Positions 26,701 through 38,390 of a stretch of 64,000 bases of DNA are shown piece by piece. Numbering within the stretch: the first letter of the stretch is position 1; each line of letters begins with the position of its first letter. Source of the stretch: Octopus vulgaris (Eukaryota); contig OX597814.1 of assembly GCA_951406725.2 (NCBI GenBank), positions 209,684,001-209,748,000 on the forward strand. Direction: 5' to 3'. The notes below the pieces were generated by a model. The model saw only the letters and a program-made list of their open reading frames with translations. It did no database searches and had not been told where the DNA came from. Position numbers and translations under genes: made by a program.

Positions 26701-27544
26701 TTTTGAGATCGGTATTATTAGACTGCACATGTGCATGGACAACCGCCTATTTTCGTTTTAGTTGATTCTGTTTTAGCTGTGTATGGCCTGATTTTTTTTC
26801 AATGCGTTCTTTTGTAGCTGTTATCCTCACATTGGAGTTTTGTTCTTTCAGCCATTGTTTATATGTTTTATTGATTTATCATTTTACTGTTACAATCAGG
26901 TTTGTTGTGTTATTTACTCTGTATTTTAAGAGAACAATCATAAAATATATATCAGTTGTACTGCAAGTGATAATATATTTTGTATGTAGTGAGTTTCGAT
27001 GCGATACTCTCATTGGTTTACGCCTTGATCAATTCATTTGTTTTATGTTCAGTGTATATTCTTTTTGTAAGTTATTCTATTTCTGAGGACTTTATTATCT
27101 ATTATATATTTTCATACATCTGTTGATGTATTTCAGTATAGTTTTTTATATTCTCAAAAATATCGTACATCATTTTTTATGGTGTTAGTGTATCTCAGCT
27201 ATGTGAGAGGCTGTGTATAAGATTATGACACTTCTAAATATTGTTTATTTTTTTCCTCTATCATTCTATTACAATTTTCATTTGACTTGCTGTACTAGTG
27301 AAGTAAGAAGTAGGCTGCATTGTATCAGCTTGTATGCATGACTACGTACGTGTGCATGTGTCTGCAGGTGCGAGGGTGTACGTGCAAAGGCGTGTGCATA
27401 TGTAGATAGAAGAGTCTATCTGAGCGTTCATATTGGATACCTTCCGTAAGATTCTTTCCTTGAATACTATGACGTTGCACATAAACACTGACGACGAATA
27501 TTGCTCTCTTTTTTTATAAGCCTAATAATGATTTCAAATTTAAC

Positions 27545-28330
27545 CACAAGGTCAGCAAGTTTTTGGGGAAGGCCTAAGTCAATTATATCGACCCCCAGTG
27601 CTGAGCTGGTTCTTATTTTATCGGCTCCAGTGCTGAGTTGGTTCTTATTTTATCGATCTCGAAAGGATGAAAGGCCAAGTCGACACCTCGGTGGATTTAA
27701 AGACCAGCACATGTAGACGGACGAAACGCCACTAAGTATTTTGTCCGGCCTGCCAACGATTCTGCCAGCTTGTCGCCTTTGTATGTATTAATATTGTGTC
27801 TACGTTCTGAGTTCAAATTTCGCCGAGGTTGACTTTGCCTTTCATCCTTTCGTGGTCGATAACTTAAGTACCATTTGCGTACTAGAGTCGATCTAATCGA
27901 CTGGGTACCCTCCCCCAAAATTTTGGGCCTTGTGCATAGAGTAGAAAATAATATTTTCCATTACTTTAAGGTGGCGATCTGGCAGAGGCGTTAGCACGCC
28001 GGGTGAAATGCATACTGGTATTTCGTCTGTCTTTACGTTCTGAGTTCAAATTCCACCCAGGCCAACGTTGCCTTTCATCCTTTCGTGGGTTGATAAATTA
28101 AGTACCAGTTGCGTACAAGGGTCAATCTAATCGACAGGCCCTCTTCCCCAAAATTTCGGGCCTTGTGCCTACAGTAGAAAGGAATATTGGCGATGATTTG
28201 GCAACCTCGTACAAAAAAGAAAAACAAAAATCAGAGAAAATTCATACTGGTATTTTTTCGGATTGTTTACGTTCAGAGTTCAAGTGCTGCAGAAGTCAGT
28301 GTAAATTTTATCCTTCGTGCTGAAATATAG
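27545..28330. mobile_element. Cluster of SINE family C copies: 27545-27778 (-), 27800-27955 (+), 27969-28188 (+), decayed 28195-28330 (+)
   Basis: Repeated tacgttctgagttcaaatt..gcctttcatcctttcg..gataa.ttaagtacca blocks. Confidence 0.85.
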
Positions 28331-28701
28331 CCTCGGTCGAGTGCAGTTGAGTATAGGAATTTATGAAGGTTCAGAAAAAAAACCCAAAAAACGTTTACTT
28401 TTGTATGTGCTACATCTCTTTACATTTTGAATTCGAAATTTTTTCGTACTTCCGGGACCAATTAAATAGGGATCTGCTGTCACAAGTGTGTGTCATCTCG
28501 CAAATAATGAATCCCTGACGCATTTAACAATCAAATTATACTCGATTGAGAGTTATGGTTTACTTATAACCGTTTAAGCGATTATCAAGGAAGCCCAGGT
28601 ATGTCTTATAAAACAAAATTAAGCAATGCAAATTTCTGGCATACAACTTACACCATATGATTAAAAAAAATTAGAATCTGTATATACTGTCAGCAAAATT
28701 T

Positions 28702-28864
28702 GACGCAGGCGTGGCAGTGCAGTAAGAAGGTTGCTTCCCAACCACATGCTTTCGGGTTCAGTCCTACTGCGTGGCACTTTGGGTAAGTGTCTTCTAATCT
28801 AGCCTCGGGCCGACCAAAACTTTGTAAGTGGATTTGGTAGATGGAGATTGAAAGAAGCTCATCG

Positions 28865-28936
<72 letters not shown>

Positions 28937-29173
28937 CGTGTGTGTGTTTTTGTGTGTTTGGGTCTGTTTTTGTTCTTCATTACTGCTTGAGAACCGGTGC
29001 TAGTGTGTTTACGTTCCCGTAACTTAGCGGTTCGGCAAAACAGACCGGTAGAATAAGTACTAGGCTTAAAAAATAAGTCCTGAGGTTGATATGGTCGACT
29101 AAAAAGAAACCCTACAAGGTGGTGCTCCAGAATGGCCGCAGTCAGACGACTGGAACAAGTAAAAGAATAAAAG
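28702..29173 (+). mobile_element. tRNA-derived SINE family A
   Basis: Head gacgcaggcgtggcagtgc..ggttcagtcc and tail gactggaacaagtaaaagaataaaag. Confidence 0.88.
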
Positions 29174-29699
29174 CTTATTGTCTTGTTTATTTACTCACTC
29201 CTCAACCTCGGAAAAAACAATATTCTTGGTTTTACTTTGTAGTGTTACAACGAAGACTTACTCAGGGTTCCCTAAATCTTGAACTACCAACATAAAAGTC
29301 AATTCGAACAATTTTGAACGATTGCCCTTCAGAATTGCTGATATTAATTGCGAAACTGATACTGACAAGAAGTCGATGTCTTTGAAATCCACCTGCTAAG
29401 CCACTTGACTTCAATGTTCTTCTAAAATGAAGCAATTGACACTAGTAAGTTTTCCTGTCCTGATTGTTGATCCGGGAGAATGACAGTGAGCCTTGTGTGT
29501 TTGCAATGTTTTGGAGGATATAGGTTGCAAAATAGCATAGCAGGTTCTACCAGCCAGTGTGAGGTTATTCAGAAAGTCGTTTCCATAATTTATAACTGCT
29601 CTTACAAAGTTGCTGTACTGTTTTGTAGCTGTTTCTTCTCGTGTAAATGTATTTTTCATACCTGTTGAGTCATATCTGTTGAGTCCCATAACCTTTGCA

Positions 29700-30620
29700 G
29701 ACCATCCGAAACTGGTGAGCTTGATGCTTTTAATGCTCCAGTAAAACTACTGTGGAGCGACATATGCAGGAAAAAAAGGGGAGAGAGAACATTCCAAAGG
29801 GCCGACGTTCTCGGGAGAAACAATCCTAGCATATTGGCTAGTGCGGGGCCGTAAGGGTCAGTCATATCAAGAGTAAAAAATACAAGTGGAATGGGGCTGG
29901 CTAGAGGACAGGATATCTCTGAGGAATAGAAGCCGTAATTGTAGCGATAGAAAAAAGAAAAGGGAGAGAGGATACATTAGCCTGTATGGTAGATGCTGGA
30001 GATGTGGAGGCGCAATGGCCCAGTGGTTAGGGCAGCGGACTCACGGTCATAGGATCGCGGTTTCGATTCCCAGAGTGTTTATTGAGCGAAAACACCTAAA
30101 GCTCCACGAGGCTCCGGCAGCGGATGGTGGTGATCCCTGCTGTACTCTTTCACCACTACTTTCTTTCACTCTTACTTCCTGTTTCTGTTGTACCTGTATT
30201 TCAAAGGGCCGGCCTTGTCACTCTCTGTGTCACGCTGAATATCCCCGAGAACTACGTTAAGGGTACACGTGTCTGTGGAGTGCTCAGCCACTTACACGTT
30301 AATTTCACGAGCAGGCTGTTCCGTTGATTCGGATCAACCGGAACCCTCATCGTCGTAACCGACGGAGTGCTTCCAGATGCTGGAGAGTGTTCGTTACTGA
30401 TTGGCTTCTATTGAGACGGTTTCCCCTTTCCTGGATGCGGGTGAGGATACCGGTATGCATTGCAACAGTAGCCTCCGATGTGAGATCGGTACTCCATTGT
30501 AATTCTCACCTGATCGTTGCTGATTGTTTGTTAGCAGTTGTTGGGAGATGCAATATTTTCTGGCTCTGAAATGATGGGGGCTGTTTTTGGAATACAATCC
30601 TAACAATGCTAGGGATGTAG
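29700..30620 (-). mobile_element. Decayed Jockey/CR1-group LINE 3' end, interrupted by SINE B
   Basis: HFRARKY, VRITMEYRSHIGG (MEYCSHIWGG-like), TRIQERGNRL and FLPRTSALWNVL. Confidence 0.65.
30006..30374 (+). mobile_element. tRNA-derived SINE family B with target-site duplication
   Basis: A/B boxes present. TSD agatgctggaga at 29991-30002 and 30375-30386. Confidence 0.92.
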
Positions 30621-30729
30621 GAAAGATCCAGACACTGAGTACGAACCTGGCACTAAAATACGTCACTGTGGCACAAAGAAACGGAAGGCCACGGGCCAAA
30701 TCTGTCTCATTCCTAATGGATGTATTTCT

Positions 30730-31010
30730 GCAAGTGCAGATACACATCCATTTGCATGAAGCAGATAAGCAAACTGACCCTGACGAAACTACTTTCATTA
30801 CACTCAAACATTCTGCACATGAAGAATCTATTTCTGAGCTCACTGAACACTAATTTCTCCCTCTCTGCGAAAAATGTACATTTTCAAGTACGTTTCAAGT
30901 ATGTTCCATTTTAAAAAAAGAGAATCCTTCTGATGCAATAAACGTTTATCGTATTGCTTTTACTTCTAAGATACCTAAGGTAATGGATACAATCATTAGA
31001 AATACTATTA
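30730..31010 (+). mobile_element. Decayed Jockey/CR1-group RT N-terminal fragment
   Basis: KQTDPDE..TLKHSAHE (KAxGPD..LK..A.E), VP..KKENPSD, and IAFTSKIPKVMDTII. Confidence 0.55.
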
Positions 31011-31247
31011 AGCGAGCTGTGATTACATTGTCTGATGTAACTTTTAGGAAAGATTTTGAAAATCAGTTGTTGTTCTGTTACAAGGTTATGGCAAGCAGAA
31101 AGGCAACTCGATAGATATTTTCAAGAAACTTGTTTTCCATTTGAATAATCAAGTGTTGGACTTCATTTTTGCTCTATCACCATTGAAATGTTCACTCATA
31201 TTGGTTGTAAGGTTCAGTTGTTGACCATATATTCGCAAGAGAATTAA

Positions 31248-31478
31248 GGGCGGCGAACTGGCAGAAACGTTAGCACGCTGGGCGAAATGCGTAGCCGTAT
31301 TTCGTCTGTCGCTACATTCTGAGTTCAAATTCCGCCGAGGTCGACTTTGCCTTTCATCCTTTCGGGGTCGATAAATTAAGTACCAGTTCCGCACTGGGGT
31401 CGATGTAATCGACTTAATCCCTTTGTCTGTCTTTGTTTGTTCCCTCTATGTTTAGCCCCTTGTGGGTAGTAAAGAAAT
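31248..31478 (+). mobile_element. tRNA-derived SINE family C (MetaSINE-like)
   Basis: ggcggcgaactggcagaaacgttagcacg..gagttcaaattccgccgaggtcgactttgcctttcatcctttcggggtcgataaattaagtacc. Confidence 0.9.
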
Positions 31479-31599
31479 ATATATTCACAAGAGATTTACA
31501 GATAGACAAAGGTCTGATGTCCTCAAATCCCTCGAGAATTATAGGCAGTGTTTGTTTGAAACCATGAGCAAAAACGATAGGAACCCCTCCCACTATATG

Positions 31600-32015
31600 T
31601 ATATTTCACGTCCACCAACCTTCCTCCTATTCTCTTATCAATTAATATATAATCCACCAAGACCCTATCCACTACTCTTCTTCCCTTCACTCTCCACCAT
31701 GTGAACTTATTCTTCTCCCACTTTTTAAACAGACTGTTCCCCACTTCCAACTCCTGCTCCATACACATTTCCAACAACATCCTTCCACTCTCATTCCGAT
31801 CAGGAACTCCATATTTTCCTTTTACATTTTCTACTTCCTCATTTTCCACTCGCGTATTCAAATAACCCAACGCCATGACATAACCACTTTTCCCCACCCT
31901 CTCCACACACTCTGTCAGTTCCAACCAGAACTCTTCTACTTTTTCCTTACTCCTTTCGTTCCCTGGACCATATGCGTTAAAAAGCACCCACATCTCTCCT
32001 CCCCACCTCATCTTT
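31600..32015 (-). mobile_element. RTE-clade LINE AP-endonuclease fragment
   Basis: NAYGP..EEFW..LGYLNTRV (GDLNARV)..GKYGV..RNESG..NSLFKK..FTW..DYILID in ORF 31523-32011. Confidence 0.85.
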
Positions 32016-32381
32016 TATTGGGGATTGTGTTCTATGCCTTGAACCGAGCATCGAACGGAGCTCGCCTCTTTGAACTGGGGAATGAATGGAATGCTTGGGG
32101 GTATGTCTTGTTTCGCTACCCCCTCCTACAGAATGGAGAATAGTCCAGGGTATATTATTTATGTAGTATTAAGACAGTTTAAGTATGTATTAAATTAATT
32201 TGACTGAAGTTGATGGGTGAGAATTTAGTCAATCAGATTCGCAAGGAGCCATCTAAGCGTTGATTTGTGAGTTCAATTCAGCGTGAGGAGGTTAGCTCAT
32301 CCTTTTTGAGTCATCTGTTTATATAAAAAAAAAATTGTCGCTTCAAATCGGAGAATAAATATATATATATATATGTATATT

Positions 32382-32830
32382 CATGTGTATATTTAAAGAG
32401 CTAAAAACCACTATGTGGTCAGCCATATGCTAGAAGTAGATCACCTACGATCAAACTACAAAGAAAAGAATGATCTCTAGAGAAAAATTCAGCGTACACC
32501 AGAACAATATGCGGGCAAGACAGATGAAAATTATATATATAAAAAAGACCGGTCTGCGATTAATTCTTGTTTTTTATATAATTTTCATCTGTCTTGCCCG
32601 TATATTGTTCTGGTGTCCGCTGAATTTTTCTCTAGAGAACATTCTTTTCTCTGTAGTTTGATCGTAGATCTACTTCTAGCATATGGCTGACCACATAGTG
32701 GTTTTTAGCCCTTTAAATATACACATGTATTAGAATTTTCTCTGATTTTTCAGAATTTTGTATGCTAGGCTACTGGTTTTAAATTGATATTAATTAAATT
32801 AATATTCAATTTATCTCCCTCATTATTTAA
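32382..32830. repeat. Fold-back pLTR-like element (arms 32382-32547 / 32568-32727)
   Basis: ~160-bp near-perfect arms, (TA)n flanks, AGACCGGTC at the centre and a TTCTAGC..GACCAC box in the arms. Confidence 0.9.
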
Positions 32831-32855
32831 ATATATATATATATATTCACATATA

Positions 32856-33530
32856 CATGAGGTCATTAAGAATGAAATGTCCGATTTTGAATATCGCAGC
32901 AGAAAGCAATGCAATTAATCAAAGTATGCACCTAATTTATCAACATAATTTAGCCATTTTATCAGCTTATTTATGCCGCCAGCGAAGAATTGTGGAGAGC
33001 AAGAGATGAAATCACGGAAGGCTGTTTTTGCATCTTGTTCAGATTTGAAGATTTTTCCTTGCAAAAAGTTGTTTAATGCATGGAAAAAGTGATAGTCATT
33101 TGGTGCAAGGTCTGGTGAATAAAGTGGATGACAGAGTACTTCCAAGTTCAGTTCCTGTAACTTGAGTAACGTTCTTTATGCAACATGTGGTCGGGCATTG
33201 TCTTGCACTAGAATTGGCTTGTCTCGCTCAATCTCGGTTGTTTAATTGCAAGCTCACTCATCATTTCATCTAACTGGTTGATGTATACAAACACTGTAAT
33301 TGAATTACAAGGTCTCATGAAGCTGTAGTGGATGACACCAGCGCTAAACCACCAAACAGACACCATTAACATTTTTTGGTGAATATTCTTTTTTGGATTA
33401 TGTTCTCGTACTTCGTCTGTATACAACCACTGTGCAGAACGCTTGCTATTGTTGAAAAGAATCCATTTTTCACCACACGTAACAGTACGATGCAAAACTG
33501 TTTCGCTTTTATACCGTGACAGCAAAGAAC
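32856..33530 (-). mobile_element. Decayed mariner transposase 3' half
   Basis: LHRTVTCGEKW, MVSVWW, QDNARPHV and HPLYSPDLAPNDYHFF. Confidence 0.9.
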
Positions 33531-33629
33531 AGCAATGAACAGCAAGTGCAGGTTTGTGACTAGAAATTCTAGTAGCTACCTTTACATGTCCTTTTCACCA
33601 CTTCCCTATTGCCACAGGATTTGAGGTTG

Positions 33630-34100
33630 ACAGTTGGTAGGCCGAGACGCACAGATACATGTGCGTGAAGTTATTGTAAGTGGAGGAATAGTTGCACAGG
33701 GACAATCCCACTCTCTCGGCAGAATGAACCTCGACCTGAATGAACACGGAAAACTGTTACGGCTGGAGAACCTTCATGTTGCAGTGGATGATCAGGACTC
33801 CATTGTATGTCGTCATGATTTAGGTGCCTGCTGTAAGTGCCTTCTTGAGCGTTGGGCCTCACTAGTGGCCTCGTCCGCCCAGTACGCCGACACCAGGTTT
33901 TGTATGCATGAGTAAACAAGCCCTTATCTCACTGAGACCCATCGGCAACTCTCACCTGGTTTGGCCTGCTAGTCGAAGCGGTTTACCAGGTGTGGCCCCT
34001 GTGTATGCGACGTTACATGGAACCGCAAGTAAGAGCTGAACGCCAGATGGCGAAAAAGGTGACGAGCCACTCTAAGGGAGTGCGACTAGCTCCACCCACC
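33630..34100 (-). mobile_element. GC-rich repeat, probable RTE-type LINE 5' UTR
   Basis: GC-rich block without protein motifs. Family assignment is from resemblance only. Confidence 0.3.
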
Positions 34101-34464
34101 AGTATAAAAATGTAACAACAAAAATATAAATATAAAAGTATAAATCTGAAATATAAAAAGAAGTTTAAAATATACAATATACATACTTACACACACACAC
34201 AAAAGGAAACAAACAAACGGACACACACATGTCCACATTGTTGAATGATCGTTGACTGTTTATGAGTTCCTCTGCCCCTTGACTAGTCTTACTTTTCATC
34301 TAGCAGGGTATTCAACAATAGCCCTCCTCGCCAAGCAAGCTTGGTAGGGTTCCCAGCTCAGTCGCCGACGACCGGCCATGAGATATGTTGAACTGAGTTA
34401 CATGTTACATGTAGCGCTCAAAACCGACCAGAGGCACTCAAGTGCAAAAGTTACACGTTACTGT

Positions 34465-34833
34465 CTCTTTTACTCTTTTACTTGTTTCAGTCATTTGACT
34501 GCGACCACGCTGGAGCACCGCCTTTAGTCGAGCAAATCGATCCCGGGACTTATTCTTTGTAAGCCCAGTACTTATTCTATCGGTCTCTTTTGCCGAACCG
34601 CTAAGTGACGGGGACGTAAACACACCAGAATCGGTTGTCAAGCAATGCTAGGGGGACAAGCACACACACATACACATACACACACATATATACATATATA
34701 CGACAGGCTTCTTTCAGTTTCCGTCTACCAAATCAACTCACAAGGTATTGGTCGGCCCGGGGCTATAGCAGAAGACACTTGCCCGGAACCATGTGGCTGG
34801 TTAGCAAGCTACTTACCACACAGCCACTCCTGC
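34465..34833 (-). mobile_element. tRNA-derived SINE family A
   Basis: Near-identical to 24122-24537, with a small deletion in the head. Confidence 0.92.
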
Positions 34834-35387
34834 ATTGTGTTAGTTATTATACAAAAAGTGTCTTATAGCTTTGATTGTGTTTCAAGATGGTTGAATTTTC
34901 TTTTCTTTATATGCCTTATGTCTTCTTAATGTTTTTACAAATGCACAATATTACTTCTTCTTGTAAGAACTGCTACAAGTTACAATCGCACATACTGGGA
35001 AAGCTGGATACAATCTTACCTTAATTAGTTTATCACTTTTGCTCTGGGATTCGGTGACATTATCTTTTTCATACATGTGCTATATTATATCAGCTCTGTC
35101 GTTTGGATATTTATGTGAGGTCAGCTTTTCCTTTTACTACTTCGGGCTAATAAAATATAGAACCCGACAAGTATAGCGAGTTGGCATAATTGGCTGTACT
35201 CCTAAGAAAATTTGAAGCGTGTCTGGGAAAAAATCCGTTATTAATCATTTATAAGTATGACATGAATGATGACTTATTATATGAGTATAGAAAGTTTATG
35301 ACTATTAGATAAAATAAATAATAACTTTGATTGTGATGCAAGTATTATCGTGGCTGTGATGATGACTACAAGATCAGCAGCAAGAAG

Positions 35388-35795
35388 TGGAGGCGCAATG
35401 GCCTAGTGGTTAGAGCTGGGGACTCGCGGTCGGAGGAACGCGGTTTCGATTCCCAGACCGGGCGTTGTGTGTGTTTATTGAGCGAAAACACCTAAAGCTC
35501 CACGAGGCTCCAGCACGGGGTGGTGGCGACCCTTGTTATACTCTTTCGCCCCAACTTTCTCTCACTCTTTCTTCCTGTTTCTTGTCCCCGACTTCCTACG
35601 CAGCCGCTCATCCTGGATGCGCATTCATCCATCCGTCGATGCTCTCGGTGTCGGGGGGTTGACCTGCTTTCTCTTCTGCGGGTCTTACGAATAGGCAAAA
35701 GGACCACGTTTCGGGATTCTCCCACTACAGAGGCGCGATTTTGTGAGCTCTGGGACGAAGACCGCTTCGCTCAACAAACAAACAAACAAATAAAC
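35388..35795 (+). mobile_element. SINE family B head and body with an alternative 3' tail ending in (AAAC)n
   Basis: 35388-35583 matches 30006-30187. The sequence then diverges to a GC-rich tail. Confidence 0.8.
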
Positions 35796-36189
35796 AATCA
35801 GCAGCAACAATAGTTCAGATAAGTATAAGCGAATGCAGTTTTGGAATGGAAATAATCAATTATTACAATCAGAGTCCTTTTCGGGCACTTATTCTACATA
35901 CTATTAAAGGCGAAAACCAAATTCAATACATTCAATGCTTGAGCACAGAACCTAGAGGTGTATAACTAAACACAACAGCATTTTACATTAATTCTCGAAA
36001 ATCTTAATCTATGTCTCTCTCCCACGTCTGTCTAAGAACTTGCAAGCATGCTTAGACTTCAAATTCGCCGACGAGGTTTTATAATAACAAGGTATGTGTG
36101 CATGTATTAACGAATAGCAAAATATAAGAGTCTCTCTTTACTGCATTCCATATTTAATTAAGTTTAATTTACTAAATTACGAATAGCAA

Positions 36190-36653
36190 AAGAGTCCAGA
36201 AGCTGGCTACCCGTATGGTTCTTGGTCTCAAGAATTTGTCTTATGAAGAAAGGCTGAAGACTCTCGACCTTTATTCTCTAGAAAAATGACGACGCCATGG
36301 TGATCTCATTCTTGCTCACAACATCATAAGCGGAAAGTGTAACCTCTCGAAAGAGCTGTTCTTCACTCCTGCTCCAGAGCGTCGGCTGCGGGGTCATTCC
36401 AAAAAGCTCTATCTGCGACGATTTCATCTCAATCGAAGGAGAGGGGCTTTCTCCGTCCGGGTTGCGGATCCGTGGAACAAGCTGCCAGACGAGATGGTGA
36501 AGATGCCGACGACCGCTCGGTTCAAAGTCTCCCTTGACCTCAAGCGGCCTGAACTCTTTACATGAACACCACCCTGTACATAACTCCATGTCCCCCTACA
36601 TGGCCTAGCTTTTTGCTTTTTCAGCCAAAAAAATTAACTAACTAACTAACTAA
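36190..36653 (+). mobile_element. CR1-clade LINE 3' end (5'-truncated), (TAAC)n tail
   Basis: RVQKLATRMV.GLKNLSYEERLKTLDLYSLEK*RRHGDLI..RGHSKKL..FSVRVADPWNKLP. Ends in taactaactaactaac. Confidence 0.92.
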
Positions 36654-37379
36654 ATGTTCAGGGTTGCTACTCCTGATTTATTGTAAAGAATATGCTTACT
36701 TTAACGATCCAGCAATGGTAAAAGACAAATTGGACTTTCACGGAATTTGAACTCAGAATATAAATGAATATTTTATTGGCGCTCTGCGGTCGTGTCATAT
36801 ACAAGCAATACCTAAATGTATGGCTTAAATAACTTTGATATCGGTAGAAACAACCTCCAAGACTAATAAATTTGTTTCTTCTATTTACTTTACATTCATT
36901 TAAAATAAATCTGAACTTATGAACTTTTGCGACGTATTGGCTATGTAACTAAACACGTATTGCAAGATTTAAGTATCAGTTTTCTTGAAAAACACTATTA
37001 TATCAATTTAGAAGTCATCGAAACTTTATGCTGTCAAACCGTTTTTAGTATACTCTAGTTTCTTGTAAGCATAAATGTACACATTTACAGAGAGCTGGTG
37101 AATGTTCATGAATATTAGTATCGCAATGGAAGGGAAATATTTATAAAGAACATTGGTTTATAATTCAGAAACAAAAGGCCAAAATTAAATACTGCATGAT
37201 ATCTAACCCGCACTTCATATTTTATATTAATACAGCAATCCCCCGAAGATGATATTTCATTATGTTGGCATTTAGTTATATTCTTGGTCGTGGTCCTGAT
37301 GTTAACAAAGCCGATAAGACGTTCGTGTTTTGTCAACAAACAACGCATATTGATAATAATTATGATAATAATTTGATCA

Positions 37380-37629
37380 ATTCTTGGGGTCGAACTGGAG
37401 ATTCAGCCGGTCTTCTCCTCTAACTCCAGTCTCCCTGAACTACAAAAGATGATCTTGATGGTTACAGCCCATATGCTACAGAAAGCACTCTCTATCTAAA
37501 ATGGAATAAATGGGGGTGATAGTTTTCGCATGCATAGCGAAACAAAAGTGCCCTTGCTACTCTTGGCCTCCGGAGGGTGCCCGGTACTAAGGCAGCTGAA
37601 ATAAAGTTATGATGAAAGGAAACCATAAA

Positions 37630-37630
<1 letters not shown>
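37380..37630 (+). mobile_element. R4/Dong-type LINE 3' end
   Basis: SLPELQKMILMVTAHMLQKALSI* (ELQKIVLMGTAHILRK-like), then a short 3' UTR and (AAT)n. Confidence 0.75.
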
Positions 37631-37845
<215 letters not shown>

Positions 37846-38390
37846 CTCCGCGCTGAATAACAACATGGATGTATTACACTGGGCTCCCCATTAAAAAACA
37901 AATCTAATCCAATAACATCGATGGACTTAGATAAAGGAACCTGTGGAAGACTTGAAAGAAGCGGTCTTTTAACGAAAATAATGAAAAAAAAAAATGCAGA
38001 TTTTTTCCGCCATACAAAGCACAGTTTCTCCTATGCACGATGTCTCAGTGAAACATGTGCAAAACACACGCGATGTCAACACCGGAAAGTTACAAATTAT
38101 AAAATAAAAATGGAAGAAAACAGTAATTACATAAATTGAGTAATTACGCATACACTCAAATGTCTACACAATTATATATACAATTTATTACCCATAGGAC
38201 TTTACATACATCTCAATGTTTACACAATTACGTGAAATTTACATGACACACATTTACGCATATGAAAACGTGTGTGAGAAACGAATCAAAAACAAAAACA
38301 ACATTTTTTTCTTTTTTCTTTTTATTTTTTTAACTAACACAGACAGAGTGAACCGTTCATAAATTTAAAAACACTACAAAAAAAAAAACT

